Positions 19,213 to 27,802 of a stretch of DNA of 64,000 nt are shown piece by piece. The notes under the pieces were generated by a model, which had not been told where the DNA came from, ran no database searches, and saw nothing but the letters and a program-made list of their open reading frames with translations. This DNA comes from a virus. Its lineage: Duplodnaviria; Heunggongvirae; Uroviricota; Caudoviricetes. Position 1 is the stretch's first letter. Every line of letters begins with the position of its first letter. The DNA lies in IMG/VR virus record IMGVR_UViG_3300047388_000185, positions 64,738 through 128,737 of that record; one strand, 5' to 3'. The position numbers and the translations under genes were made by a program.

Positions 19213-19878
19213 ATGGAAGATTTAGTAGCTAAGGCAGAAAAAGCTAAAAGAACAAGGCGAGCTAATCAAGCATTTAATGAATCTAGAAGAAGTGAATTGG
19301 AGTCACCGGAATTCCAGTCCCGAATAAAAAGATGCACCGGATGTAAAATCTTAAAGACTTATGCTAATTTTAGATTTGAATTTATAAAAATCGATGGGCA
19401 TGAATCTCGCTGTAAACAGTGTTGTTCCACAAAAGAAGCTGAGTTTAGAAAAGTAAATCTAGGGGCTCAAAAGAAGAATAATGAACGCTGCAAAAAACAC
19501 CGTGAACAAAACCCAGAATATTATAAAGAAAATTCTAGAAATTATAGATTAGCTAATCCTGAGAAAACAAAATCTTATAAGAAAAATTGGGTAGATATTA
19601 ATCGAGGAAAAGTATATGCAGATAACGCTGCAAGACTAGACTATATTGATGCGGTAACCCCCTCATGGGCTGATCAAGTAGCGATAGAAGCTGTCTACAT
19701 ATATGCTCAACTATGGAGCATTTTGACTAAAGTCAAACAAAGTGTTGATCATGAAATCCCCCTTAGAGGAAAAGAAGTTTGTGGTCTTCATGTCCAAAAT
19801 AACTTAAGAATTATGCCGTTAATTCCCAACATCTCCAAAAACAACAAGTTCGATCCCGACACCTTCATCGGCCCTTGA
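19213..19878 (+). CDS. Free-standing HNH homing endonuclease
   Basis: CTGC...CKQC N-terminal Zn module; TPSWAD...VDHEIPLRG..VCGLHVQNNL...NISKNN; markedly AT-rich. Confidence 0.85.
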   Translation: MEDLVAKAEKAKRTRRANQAFNESRRSELESPEFQSRIKRCTGCKILKTYANFRFEFIKIDGHESRCKQCCSTKEAEFRKVNLGAQKKNNERCKKHREQNPEYYKENSRNYRLANPEKTKSYKKNWVDINRGKVYADNAARLDYIDAVTPSWADQVAIEAVYIYAQLWSILTKVKQSVDHEIPLRGKEVCGLHVQNNLRIMPLIPNISKNNKFDPDTFIGP

Positions 19879-19884
19879 TCTAAA

Positions 19885-19913
19885 TTACATAATAATGCAT
19901 TTCCTGGTATAAG
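19885..19913 (+). promoter_or_regulatory. Class I promoter variant
   Basis: TTACATAA-N12-TGGTATAAG. Confidence 0.55.
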
Positions 19914-19948
19914 ACATTACAACCAAGTACATCATAGAGTAACCGGGG

Positions 19949-20804
19949 ATGATCATGATTACTACTCAAACACTGAGAGACTTCGAGCGTCTTTGGGCTC
20001 GGCGTGGAACGTTCCATGTAGACCTGTCGTATGGACAAGCTTTGGCCCAGTACACCCTGTGTACCAAAGACGATCCCGATTACTTGTTTTTAGTAACTGC
20101 TAAGTACCAGCCTGTCTCGGTCTGGATTCAGGAAAAGATCGATGCCAATACGAAAAACCAAGCGCAAGCCTCTGATCATTCCGGCAACCAGGCCGCACAC
20201 AAGAACACCCATTAAGCCCGTCAGTCGTCATAAAGACGACAAGAACGATTACGTCCGGGCTCCTAAGCATCGGAAGAAACCTGAACCAGACTGCTCTCGC
20301 AGTCTTTTGTTTTAGTAGGAGAGAGAAGTGTATATTGCCGTAGAGGGTCAAGACCCGTTAGACCAGAACATTCAAACTGTTGTGCTCATAACGTTGGACG
20401 AAGCTGCTGACTTGTATGAAGAGTTGGGTAAGATCTTCGGACCCAGAGAAACTGTCATTGCTCCGAAAGACGTGGCCACTCCGATGCCCCCGTTCCCAAA
20501 GATCGACGTGCCGCCGTTGAAGAATGAACCAGTGCCGGGAACGGAAAAACAGAAGACATTGGCGGACTTCATCAAGGAGATGGAGGAGCGAAAGAAAAGC
20601 GAACCTTACAAACCGTTCGAAAATCCCCGTTGGCCGACGTGGGATCCGAAGTCACCGCTGAATCCGACGTGCTTCACGAGGTGGCCCACTCTCCCGGGCG
20701 GATCTTATGACCCCAAGTTCACCGCAGCTGCCGTAGTTGACTGGACCAAAGTCAATCAGAACAACTTCCCCGCCTCCTCCGATCACTACCTCACCCCTCT
20801 GTAA
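19949..20804 (+). CDS. Small hypothetical proteins (19949-20215, 20142-20315, 20328-20804)
   Basis: Consecutive ORFs after the promoter. 20142-20315 (MPIRKTKRKPLIIP..., 57 aa) is below the track cutoff and has an AGGA SD. Confidence 0.5.
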
Positions 20805-20816
20805 GAAAGGCCATCA

Positions 20817-22181
20817 ATGAGCTCGCACCATCACCCTGGCGTCGTCCACCAATCCAAAGACCTCTTCATCCCCGGCTCGCCGAACACGTCGGTTGAACAC
20901 AAGAAGCTGCCAGTCGGCACGTACCTCGTTGGTATCAGCCCACAAGGCTACTACTGCGAGCGCGTCGACAACATGACGTTGCCGAAGAAGCTGTATGGCT
21001 CGATCATCCCGGCTGCAGCTCGAATCGTCAATACATTCAAGACTCGCAAGGGCAACACCGGTACCCTCCTGTCGGGCTTGAAGGGCTCTGGCAAGACGTT
21101 GCTGGTTAAGGCAGTTTCCCTCCTTCTGCTGGATGAAGGCATCCCGACGATTATCATCAATCAGCCCTTCAGCGGCGATGCTTTCTCCCAATTCCTTGCG
21201 GCGCTGAACACTCCGTTCGTGGCTCTGCTGGACGAGTTCGAGAAGGTCTACGACGCCGATGATCAAGAAAAGCTCCTGACCCTTCTGGATGGCGTTCATC
21301 AAGGTAAGGGCCTGTTCATGCTGACTTGTAACAAGCAACACAAGGTCGACGAGAACTTCATCAATCGGCCGTCGCGGATCTTCTACAACCGCCATTACAA
21401 GGGTATGGAGATCGATGCGATTCGTGAACTGGCGCTCGACACGCTCAACGACAAGAAGCGCGTGGATGAAATCGCCAAGCTCTCCTCCCTATTCAATGAC
21501 GAGATGAACTTCGACATGGTTCAGTCGGCCATCGAAGAAGTCAATCGTTATCCCGAGCAGAAGATGTCCGAGCTGATGGAGATGATGAATCTTCGTCCGG
21601 CTGGAATCGATCAGCGCTATCGATATACGGCTATCTTGCAAGTAGCGGGCAAGACGTACTCGGACGAAGGCGTGTTCCCTCGGGAGGCGGCGATCTCTAT
21701 CTTCTCCTTCGCCAATTTCCGTTTCCTCGTCCGTGACGGTTTCTCCGACGAAGAGCGTGAAGCGGGTGCTGGTACGGATATCAAGGCAAAGGCTTCGATC
21801 CAAGCTGTTCCCGCCCAGGAAGTCGCAATCGGCGGTATGCAGATGGATACAGAGCAGATTTCCAAGGCTATTAAGAGGGCCAAGAAAGCCCTTAAGAAAG
21901 CCTCGGAACTGGATCCTGATGATGACGAAGTCAAGTACGATCAGAATCGGGCCAAGCTCGGTGACGATTACGATGACGTCTGGGAAACCTGGGGGCACGA
22001 CTTCCGCCACTACGGCAAGAAGCGCAACGTCAAGGAATTCACTTTTTCACATCGTCAGATGAAGGGAAGCGATCCCAAGAAGGGTACGTACACGTTCGTC
22101 TCCGACGGCGGCGCAGTACTGATTCTGACCCGAGTCGTAGAAGCTGGGATGAGAACCTCGGACTACTACGATCTCCTGTGA
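20817..22181 (+). CDS. AAA+ ATPase
   Basis: Walker A LLSGLKGSGKT, Walker B LLDEFEK, sensor TCN, arginine finger NRPSR. Confidence 0.88.
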   Translation: MSSHHHPGVVHQSKDLFIPGSPNTSVEHKKLPVGTYLVGISPQGYYCERVDNMTLPKKLYGSIIPAAARIVNTFKTRKGNTGTLLSGLKGSGKTLLVKAVSLLLLDEGIPTIIINQPFSGDAFSQFLAALNTPFVALLDEFEKVYDADDQEKLLTLLDGVHQGKGLFMLTCNKQHKVDENFINRPSRIFYNRHYKGMEIDAIRELALDTLNDKKRVDEIAKLSSLFNDEMNFDMVQSAIEEVNRYPEQKMSELMEMMNLRPAGIDQRYRYTAILQVAGKTYSDEGVFPREAAISIFSFANFRFLVRDGFSDEEREAGAGTDIKAKASIQAVPAQEVAIGGMQMDTEQISKAIKRAKKALKKASELDPDDDEVKYDQNRAKLGDDYDDVWETWGHDFRHYGKKRNVKEFTFSHRQMKGSDPKKGTYTFVSDGGAVLILTRVVEAGMRTSDYYDLL

Positions 22182-22202
22182 TGTAAGCTGGCCAGTGTCA
22201 GG

Positions 22203-22241
22203 ACGGGCTACTCGAAAGGGTGGCCCGTTTCACATTTCTTT
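22203..22241 (+). terminator. Intrinsic terminator
   Basis: ACGGGCTACTC-GAAA-GGGTGGCCCGT followed by a T-rich tract. Confidence 0.6.
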
Positions 22242-22545
22242 GCTACTAGAAAACTACAACTCTCGGCACAGCCGAGCTCAATGCCATGGCTATTTCCTCT
22301 CACCCCTATTTCTGGACCCAAGAGCAGATTGACTTGCTCGAACAGTGCTACACTTCAGGCGGTGGCCTATACGAAGCACAGCAAGTGATTCCAGAAAAAC
22401 AACGTACTACTATTGCGGCTCAAGCTAGCCGACGTGGTCTAACGAAGCCTCGGCCTCGACTGAATCACGGACAAGACGATCATAACGAAGCGGACTATTA
22501 AGGTCTGTGTGAAGGAAAGGGAAACCCTTTCTTTTAGCTCTACTG

Positions 22546-22575
22546 TTCAATAACGAAAGGTATTTATGGTACAAG
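22546..22575 (+). promoter_or_regulatory. Class I promoter
   Basis: TTCAATAA-N13-TGGTACAAG. Confidence 0.65.
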
Positions 22576-22631
22576 AAGATAAGGACAACTGTGTTGCTCC
22601 GACGCCCGTAAACCCTTACCAGGAAAATACC

Positions 22632-23489
22632 ATGAACGCAAAAGCTGTTGCTGTCCCCGCCAAGTCGAAGAAGGCTCACACTCGTTCGACCCTGCGTCTC
22701 AGCGACGAAGAATACAACCAAATCGCAATCGGCCTTCGCAAGTCGAAGTTGAGTGTGAGTCCGATCAACGTGGTCGTAATTGGTGCTCCCATCCTCAACC
22801 GCAAGTTCCCGATCTCGGAAGTCACCGATAAGCGCATCTCCAAGCTCAACGAGATCATCCGTGACATGGATGCTGCCCATGAATCCCATGCCAAGGCTCA
22901 ACTCACCGGCACCATCCCGGGTGTCAAGAAGGGTGAGACCGCCGATCTGCTGATCAAGTCCATCGTGACGGCTGCCGTCGAAGCGGCAACGGTCAAGAAC
23001 TTGGAAGGCACGCGCAAGCTGCTGCTGGCTCAAGAGGCACGATTCCAGAAGCAGATGAGCCAAGTCACGGATATCTTGGTCAAGATGTGCAGTGACTGGG
23101 GGATCGCTGTCCCCGAACTCGAAGCCCCGATGGCCATGCCGATGATCGAGGCCACAGGCCAAGTCGTCCGAGTGCCGCGTATCCTCGTCTACGGCATGCA
23201 GGCTAACCAGAAGCAACCGCTGTACGACCATGTCCGTGAGTGGGGGCTGCAAGGTTTCGCTGACATCGACATCGCCTACAGCACGGATGCCGTCTCTACG
23301 GTCAAGCGGGGCTACGACGCGGTGATCGTCAACCGCCACTGGGTCAACGTGGACACCGCCCGAGAACTTCGCAGTCACGGCCTCAAGTACAGCGAAGTTG
23401 CCGGCTCGGCCTCGGCAGTGGAACGTCAACTGAAACTCGAACTCTTGGACTTGGCGATCTCTGCCAAACAAAGGGAAGGTCGGGCATGA
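22632..23489 (+). CDS. Hypothetical protein, C-terminal domain reminiscent of DUF2325
   Basis: Start moved to ATG 22632 (AGGA SD); C-terminal DAVIVNRHWV...GSASAVERQL pattern (weak family call). Confidence 0.55.
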   Translation: MNAKAVAVPAKSKKAHTRSTLRLSDEEYNQIAIGLRKSKLSVSPINVVVIGAPILNRKFPISEVTDKRISKLNEIIRDMDAAHESHAKAQLTGTIPGVKKGETADLLIKSIVTAAVEAATVKNLEGTRKLLLAQEARFQKQMSQVTDILVKMCSDWGIAVPELEAPMAMPMIEATGQVVRVPRILVYGMQANQKQPLYDHVREWGLQGFADIDIAYSTDAVSTVKRGYDAVIVNRHWVNVDTARELRSHGLKYSEVAGSASAVERQLKLELLDLAISAKQREGRA

Positions 23490-23977
23490 GCACGGCCGAG
23501 GTGATACCAATCGCCTCGGCCAATGCGAATCCTTCTCTTTGCACGCCGTGCGGGGGGAAGTGTTGTTCGCATATGCCCGGAACGATGTTTCCTCTCGAAC
23601 TGTCGAAAACTCTTGACCGCGAAGAGATCTTCATCAAGGTTCATGACCTTCTTTTGACGGGGAGATGGGCCATTGATTGGTGGGAGGGTGACCCGGAAAT
23701 AGAGAGTCATTGGGATGGTGTCCCTGCCTATTATCTCCGTCCGGCAACGAAGCGGATGCAGGGCTACTGGGCTGATGCAAGCTACGGCGGAGACTGTACC
23801 TTCCATGCTGCAACTGGCTGTGAATTGTCCGAAGTAGAACGGCCGACGGACTGCAAGACACTGATTCCACATGAGACAAATTGCCATCAACCGGAGAGCT
23901 GGAGCAAATTCTCTGGTATAATGGCATGGTACCCATTTCGCTCGGTCCTCCGAGCCATGCTTCAATACGAACCTTAG
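23486..23977 (+). CDS. YkgJ-like Cys-cluster (Zn/Fe-S) protein
   Basis: CxxCGGKCC near the N-terminus and C...GC..x.RPxxC later. Confidence 0.7.
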   Translation: MSTAEVIPIASANANPSLCTPCGGKCCSHMPGTMFPLELSKTLDREEIFIKVHDLLLTGRWAIDWWEGDPEIESHWDGVPAYYLRPATKRMQGYWADASYGGDCTFHAATGCELSEVERPTDCKTLIPHETNCHQPESWSKFSGIMAWYPFRSVLRAMLQYEP

Positions 23978-23986
23978 GGATATAAC

Positions 23987-24829
23987 ATGAAAAAGCTCTT
24001 CGTTCTTCTGTTGCTCGCCTTCGCTTCGGCATTGGCAAGTGCAGCCGAACCCATCTGTAACTGGGATCGTCCCGGTTTCAACAAGTACCAAGGTAAGCCG
24101 GTCGACGCTTTGCGGGACTATACTTTGAACTACCAAGTTCGAGCAGTCCTTCAGGTCAAGATACGAAATCAGATGTATGATGACGTTGTCGAGATCCGTC
24201 GTGATGGAATCAAAGGCTCAACTGGCACTTTCAGCAATTTAAGAGGAATGCATTATGGTCAAGGATCGTATTGTCCCGGCAGTGTCGACACGGGAAACTG
24301 GACTGAGACACAAGTGGAGCGTGCCTTGGTCTACTGTGTCGCTGAGGTTTGTGTTGCTGTGCCCACGATATGCAACAACGTCTCTCTCATTGACCGAGAC
24401 ACGCCGATCGGTATCTCACCTTCGGCAGGGAGTTCCCCAACGGGTGGAGCTCCGCAGTCTAGCATCAATCCGAGCCCGGAACAACCTGGATCTGAACTTG
24501 GAGCGGCCGTATCTCAAGAAGTTTCGAGATCGGATTCGCTCGTGGAACAGCCCGCTGAAGAAGGACCGGGATCCGAACTATCTCCAGACGTGGTTCCCGG
24601 CGGATTCGGAGGCTCGGGAGGTGGCTACGCAGGCGGAGGTGACTTCGGAGGTGGCGGCGTCGTGCTACCAGGACGTTCAACGTCTCCCCCCATCTGTCCC
24701 GGACTTAATTGCGGATTGAATCCTCCAGTGATCACGCCAATCCCAGCTGTCCCAGAAATTCCCGAATGGATTTTGATCGTTGCGGGACTGATTTGCTTTG
24801 CATGGCGGATGAGTACGAGGCAAAAGTGA
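23987..24829 (+). CDS. MHFG-family PEP-CTERM-type exported protein
   Basis: Signal peptide; CNWDRPG...YDDVVEIRRDGI...MHYG...ERALVYC....VPTICNNVS core; Gly/Pro/Ser linker; C-terminal PAVPE + hydrophobic helix + RMSTRQK. Confidence 0.8.
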   Translation: MKKLFVLLLLAFASALASAAEPICNWDRPGFNKYQGKPVDALRDYTLNYQVRAVLQVKIRNQMYDDVVEIRRDGIKGSTGTFSNLRGMHYGQGSYCPGSVDTGNWTETQVERALVYCVAEVCVAVPTICNNVSLIDRDTPIGISPSAGSSPTGGAPQSSINPSPEQPGSELGAAVSQEVSRSDSLVEQPAEEGPGSELSPDVVPGGFGGSGGGYAGGGDFGGGGVVLPGRSTSPPICPGLNCGLNPPVITPIPAVPEIPEWILIVAGLICFAWRMSTRQK

Positions 24830-24831
24830 GC

Positions 24832-24860
24832 AAACGGGGCCCTAAACCCCGTTTCTTTTT
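24832..24860 (+). terminator. Intrinsic terminator
   Basis: AAACGGGG-loop-CCCCGTTT-CTTTTT. Confidence 0.7.
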
Positions 24861-24878
24861 GAATACAAAGGAGTCAAC

Positions 24879-25781
24879 ATGCGAAGTGATGTGAATAAGG
24901 TTTTGACGGAGTGCTACAAGGAAGGCACTGGCCGACATTACCAATTCCCCCGTCAAACAATGGACAAGCTCTTCGATGAGACAGGCGGTAAGATTGGTAT
25001 GCGTCAGGTGCATGTCAAAACCCCAAAGCATGGGACTAAATCCTTTGGAGAGAACCTTGCTTATCTTCCTAGGTTTTTGGCTGCCAACGTCGGCCGTAAG
25101 TGGGATGATATCTACTCCGAGATCGCTGCGACTTTCGATAAGCGCAGCACGGTCAACGCTCACATCTTCCAGCATCTGTTCGACTACTTCGTGCCGGCCC
25201 ACGAGGTGATCTTCATTAGAAACCGGCCACACGCAATACACATCTATTCGCGTCAGGCCTATCCAATCTATTCCGGGGGATATCGAGGTCTTTACGTAGA
25301 TCCTCGCAGCGGCATCCTGAAAGAGGGGATGAAGGAGTCGAATAAATCTAAACAAACCAAGGCCCAAGTAGCGGCCAAGAGTCTTCTGGAATTCAAGCGC
25401 ATCTTATCTCCTCTTGTTGAGCTACACAAATTGGATGATGGGATGTGGTACGTTTTCGAACTGAAGAAGATCCCGTCCGAACGCATCGTCGAGTATGTCT
25501 ACGCCCCGCCTTTCCCTAAAGATTTCGACAGTCAACAGGAATGGTATAAGGGAAAGAAGGAGTTCGATCTGTCGTCGAAAGAGGTCAAGACTGCTCTAGG
25601 TCGGCGTGTGGAAAAGGCGGTGGAGTTCAAGACGTTCAACAACAAGATCGAATCGAATCGTCAGTCTCAGCTTGTCAATCGCCCATACAATCGAGACACC
25701 CGTAGTTATGGTGTCGCCACCCATTACTACGCCTCCATGCGCAGCGCTTCCAAGAAGGAATTGCGGACAGTGGGGCTTTAA
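24879..25781 (+). CDS. Hypothetical basic protein
   Basis: 300-aa ORF with AAGGAG SD; ENLAYLPRFL...GRKWDDIYSEI...HIFQHL motif. Confidence 0.7.
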   Translation: MRSDVNKVLTECYKEGTGRHYQFPRQTMDKLFDETGGKIGMRQVHVKTPKHGTKSFGENLAYLPRFLAANVGRKWDDIYSEIAATFDKRSTVNAHIFQHLFDYFVPAHEVIFIRNRPHAIHIYSRQAYPIYSGGYRGLYVDPRSGILKEGMKESNKSKQTKAQVAAKSLLEFKRILSPLVELHKLDDGMWYVFELKKIPSERIVEYVYAPPFPKDFDSQQEWYKGKKEFDLSSKEVKTALGRRVEKAVEFKTFNNKIESNRQSQLVNRPYNRDTRSYGVATHYYASMRSASKKELRTVGL

Positions 25782-25789
25782 GGATTTCA

Positions 25790-26356
25790 ATGAAAAAGAT
25801 CATGTCACTGTTTCAGCGCAACTACGAAGGCAACCGCAAAGTTCGTGACCAAGTCACTCCTGGCGCCGAATGGGTTACCGCCGGAGAGGGAGTCGCCACC
25901 CGAAAGTGGGATGGCTTGGCCATCCTCATCAAGGATGGGGCCATTTTCAAGCGATACGATGCCAAGACGGGTCGTACCCCTCCGGCTGGATTCGTGCCTG
26001 CTCAGAACCTGCCGGACCCGGTCAGCGGGCATTGGCCTGGCTGGGTTCCTACGGATGGGCCGGACTCGAAGTTGATCCGAGAAACTGTTGCTGCGCATCC
26101 CGGAGAAGTCACGGATGGAACCTACGAAGTTTGCGGGCCGAAGATTGGCACTCGTCACGGCCCCAATCCAGAAGGCTTGTCGCAGCATATCATCGTGCCA
26201 CACGGTAAAGACCTTCTCGAAGACTGTCCTCGGACCTACCCGGAGCTGATGGCCTATCTGAAGGACCTGGGCATCGAAGGAATCGTCTGGCACCATGAAG
26301 ACGGTCGTCGGGTGAAGATCAAGAAGGTAGACTTTCCATACCAGGAGAAAGCATGA
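25790..26356 (+). CDS. Putative RNA ligase, DUF5565/RLIG1(C12orf29)-like nucleotidyltransferase
   Basis: Motif I TRKWDG, FKRYDAK, PDPVSGHWPGWVP, motif III YEVCGPK, motif IV EGIVWH, motif V VKIK. Confidence 0.7.
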   Translation: MKKIMSLFQRNYEGNRKVRDQVTPGAEWVTAGEGVATRKWDGLAILIKDGAIFKRYDAKTGRTPPAGFVPAQNLPDPVSGHWPGWVPTDGPDSKLIRETVAAHPGEVTDGTYEVCGPKIGTRHGPNPEGLSQHIIVPHGKDLLEDCPRTYPELMAYLKDLGIEGIVWHHEDGRRVKIKKVDFPYQEKA

Positions 26357-26676
26357 CACACATTCGAACAATCGGCGAGAAGCTGGCCAAGAAGGGTTTC
26401 AAGTTGATCCTCCTCCAGCAAGGTCCAAATACTCAGCTTGATCTTGGCTATGACAAAACGCTAGCCACCGGAGAACTACTTCAACTAGAGCTTAAGCAGG
26501 CTTCAACGTTCTATCATTCGACGGTCACTTGTACGGCCGAGATGTCAAAGTGGTTTGGCCGCGAAAAGAGGAGTGTCAGGATCGAACTCATTGGAGCTGA
26601 CGTAGAGGAGAGAACCGTGCTGATGTTAGAAGACCGTCTTCGTCCCCTATGGGTTGTTATTGCTGCCGAAGCTTGA
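26353..26676 (+). CDS. Hypothetical protein
   Basis: ATGA overlap with the upstream gene; converges on the beta' middle gene. Confidence 0.6.
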   Translation: MTHIRTIGEKLAKKGFKLILLQQGPNTQLDLGYDKTLATGELLQLELKQASTFYHSTVTCTAEMSKWFGREKRSVRIELIGADVEERTVLMLEDRLRPLWVVIAAEA

Positions 26677-27802
26677 TTGGCGTATTGACCGTCACAGTTC
26701 CAGCTTCCAGAGCTTTCAGCACGTCAGCTTCAGAGTCAAACTCTTGCACTTCCTGTTTCATATCAGGGTCCGTTAGGTTCATGGAGCCAATAATGGCTTC
26801 ATGTCCTGGCGCAACCAAAGAAGCTCCTAAGCCCTTACGGTAGTCGAACGCATGTTGTTCGGGAAGGAGTTTCTTTTTAGCTTCTTCAATCGCTTCTGGG
26901 GTAATAGGGGTATGAATGGTCATAGCATCACCGTCGAAGTCACCTGCATAGAGTGGCAAGTGTAGGGGGTTAACGCCAAGCGTCTTACCTTGAATCGGTA
27001 CTGGAAAATGCGCGGTGATATTTGATTGCATCAGCGTTGGGGCACGATTGGCAATGATCGGAATAGTCTTGATCAACTTGTTAAAACTAGTCTGGGCAGC
27101 GGGAGTCCGAGCTTCTACTGCTTTCTTTGCATCTGGATAGGAATAGCCATTACGAGCTAAATCACGAATGATGTGGAACTTGTACATGGTCCAAATCATG
27201 TCGATGGGTACGGCCATTTCATTGAAGCCGAGATTAGGCTCAGCGTAGATCGTGGCACGAGCCGAGAAGTCTTGTTTCTTCTTCAAAATCTTGGCTTGAA
27301 AGAACCCACCTTTAGGACCCTTCTCTCCGGCAATCTGCTGTAGAAAACCCTTCAACTGAGCTCCCCGAGCTGTACCCTTCAAAGCTGTACCAAGACCGAA
27401 GATGGCCTTGACGCCGTTATATGCACCAGCACGCTCATCTTTGACGTCATCATTTTCAGCTCCTTCTTCGAGAAGACCCTGAAGCCCCTGATTAACCAGG
27501 ATGTGATTCTGATATAGGACGTTGACGTCAGGGTATTCAATGCGATTGCCAGCCTGAGTGATAGGCGGCCGAGCCATCGGAGGAATCACTGGAATATTGT
27601 GTAGTATGAAGGAGTCAGCAGGAGTCTCCCCGTTCTTCTTCAGTCCAGCCAAGTACTTAATCTGCTTGACCATCGTATCCCGCTTGGAGATAGACTTCGT
27701 AGCCAAGATATCTTTCTTCAAGTGCATTAGTTGCTGATCAATGTCAACAGCATCTAAAAGTTCTTGGAAGGCATGGCCTGAGGTCTTCAGTTCTGTGGTC
27801 AC
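26657..27802 (-). CDS. rpoC: Multisubunit RNA polymerase beta' middle (catalytic) part
   Basis: IPVIPPMARP, KKQDFSARATI, NRAPTL, catalytic YAGDFDGDAM (NADFDGD equivalent). Confidence 0.93.
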   Translation of the reverse strand: MTTELKTSGHAFQELLDAVDIDQQLMHLKKDILATKSISKRDTMVKQIKYLAGLKKNGETPADSFILHNIPVIPPMARPPITQAGNRIEYPDVNVLYQNHILVNQGLQGLLEEGAENDDVKDERAGAYNGVKAIFGLGTALKGTARGAQLKGFLQQIAGEKGPKGGFFQAKILKKKQDFSARATIYAEPNLGFNEMAVPIDMIWTMYKFHIIRDLARNGYSYPDAKKAVEARTPAAQTSFNKLIKTIPIIANRAPTLMQSNITAHFPVPIQGKTLGVNPLHLPLYAGDFDGDAMTIHTPITPEAIEEAKKKLLPEQHAFDYRKGLGASLVAPGHEAIIGSMNLTDPDMKQEVQEFDSEADVLKALEAGTVTVNTPIKLRQQ

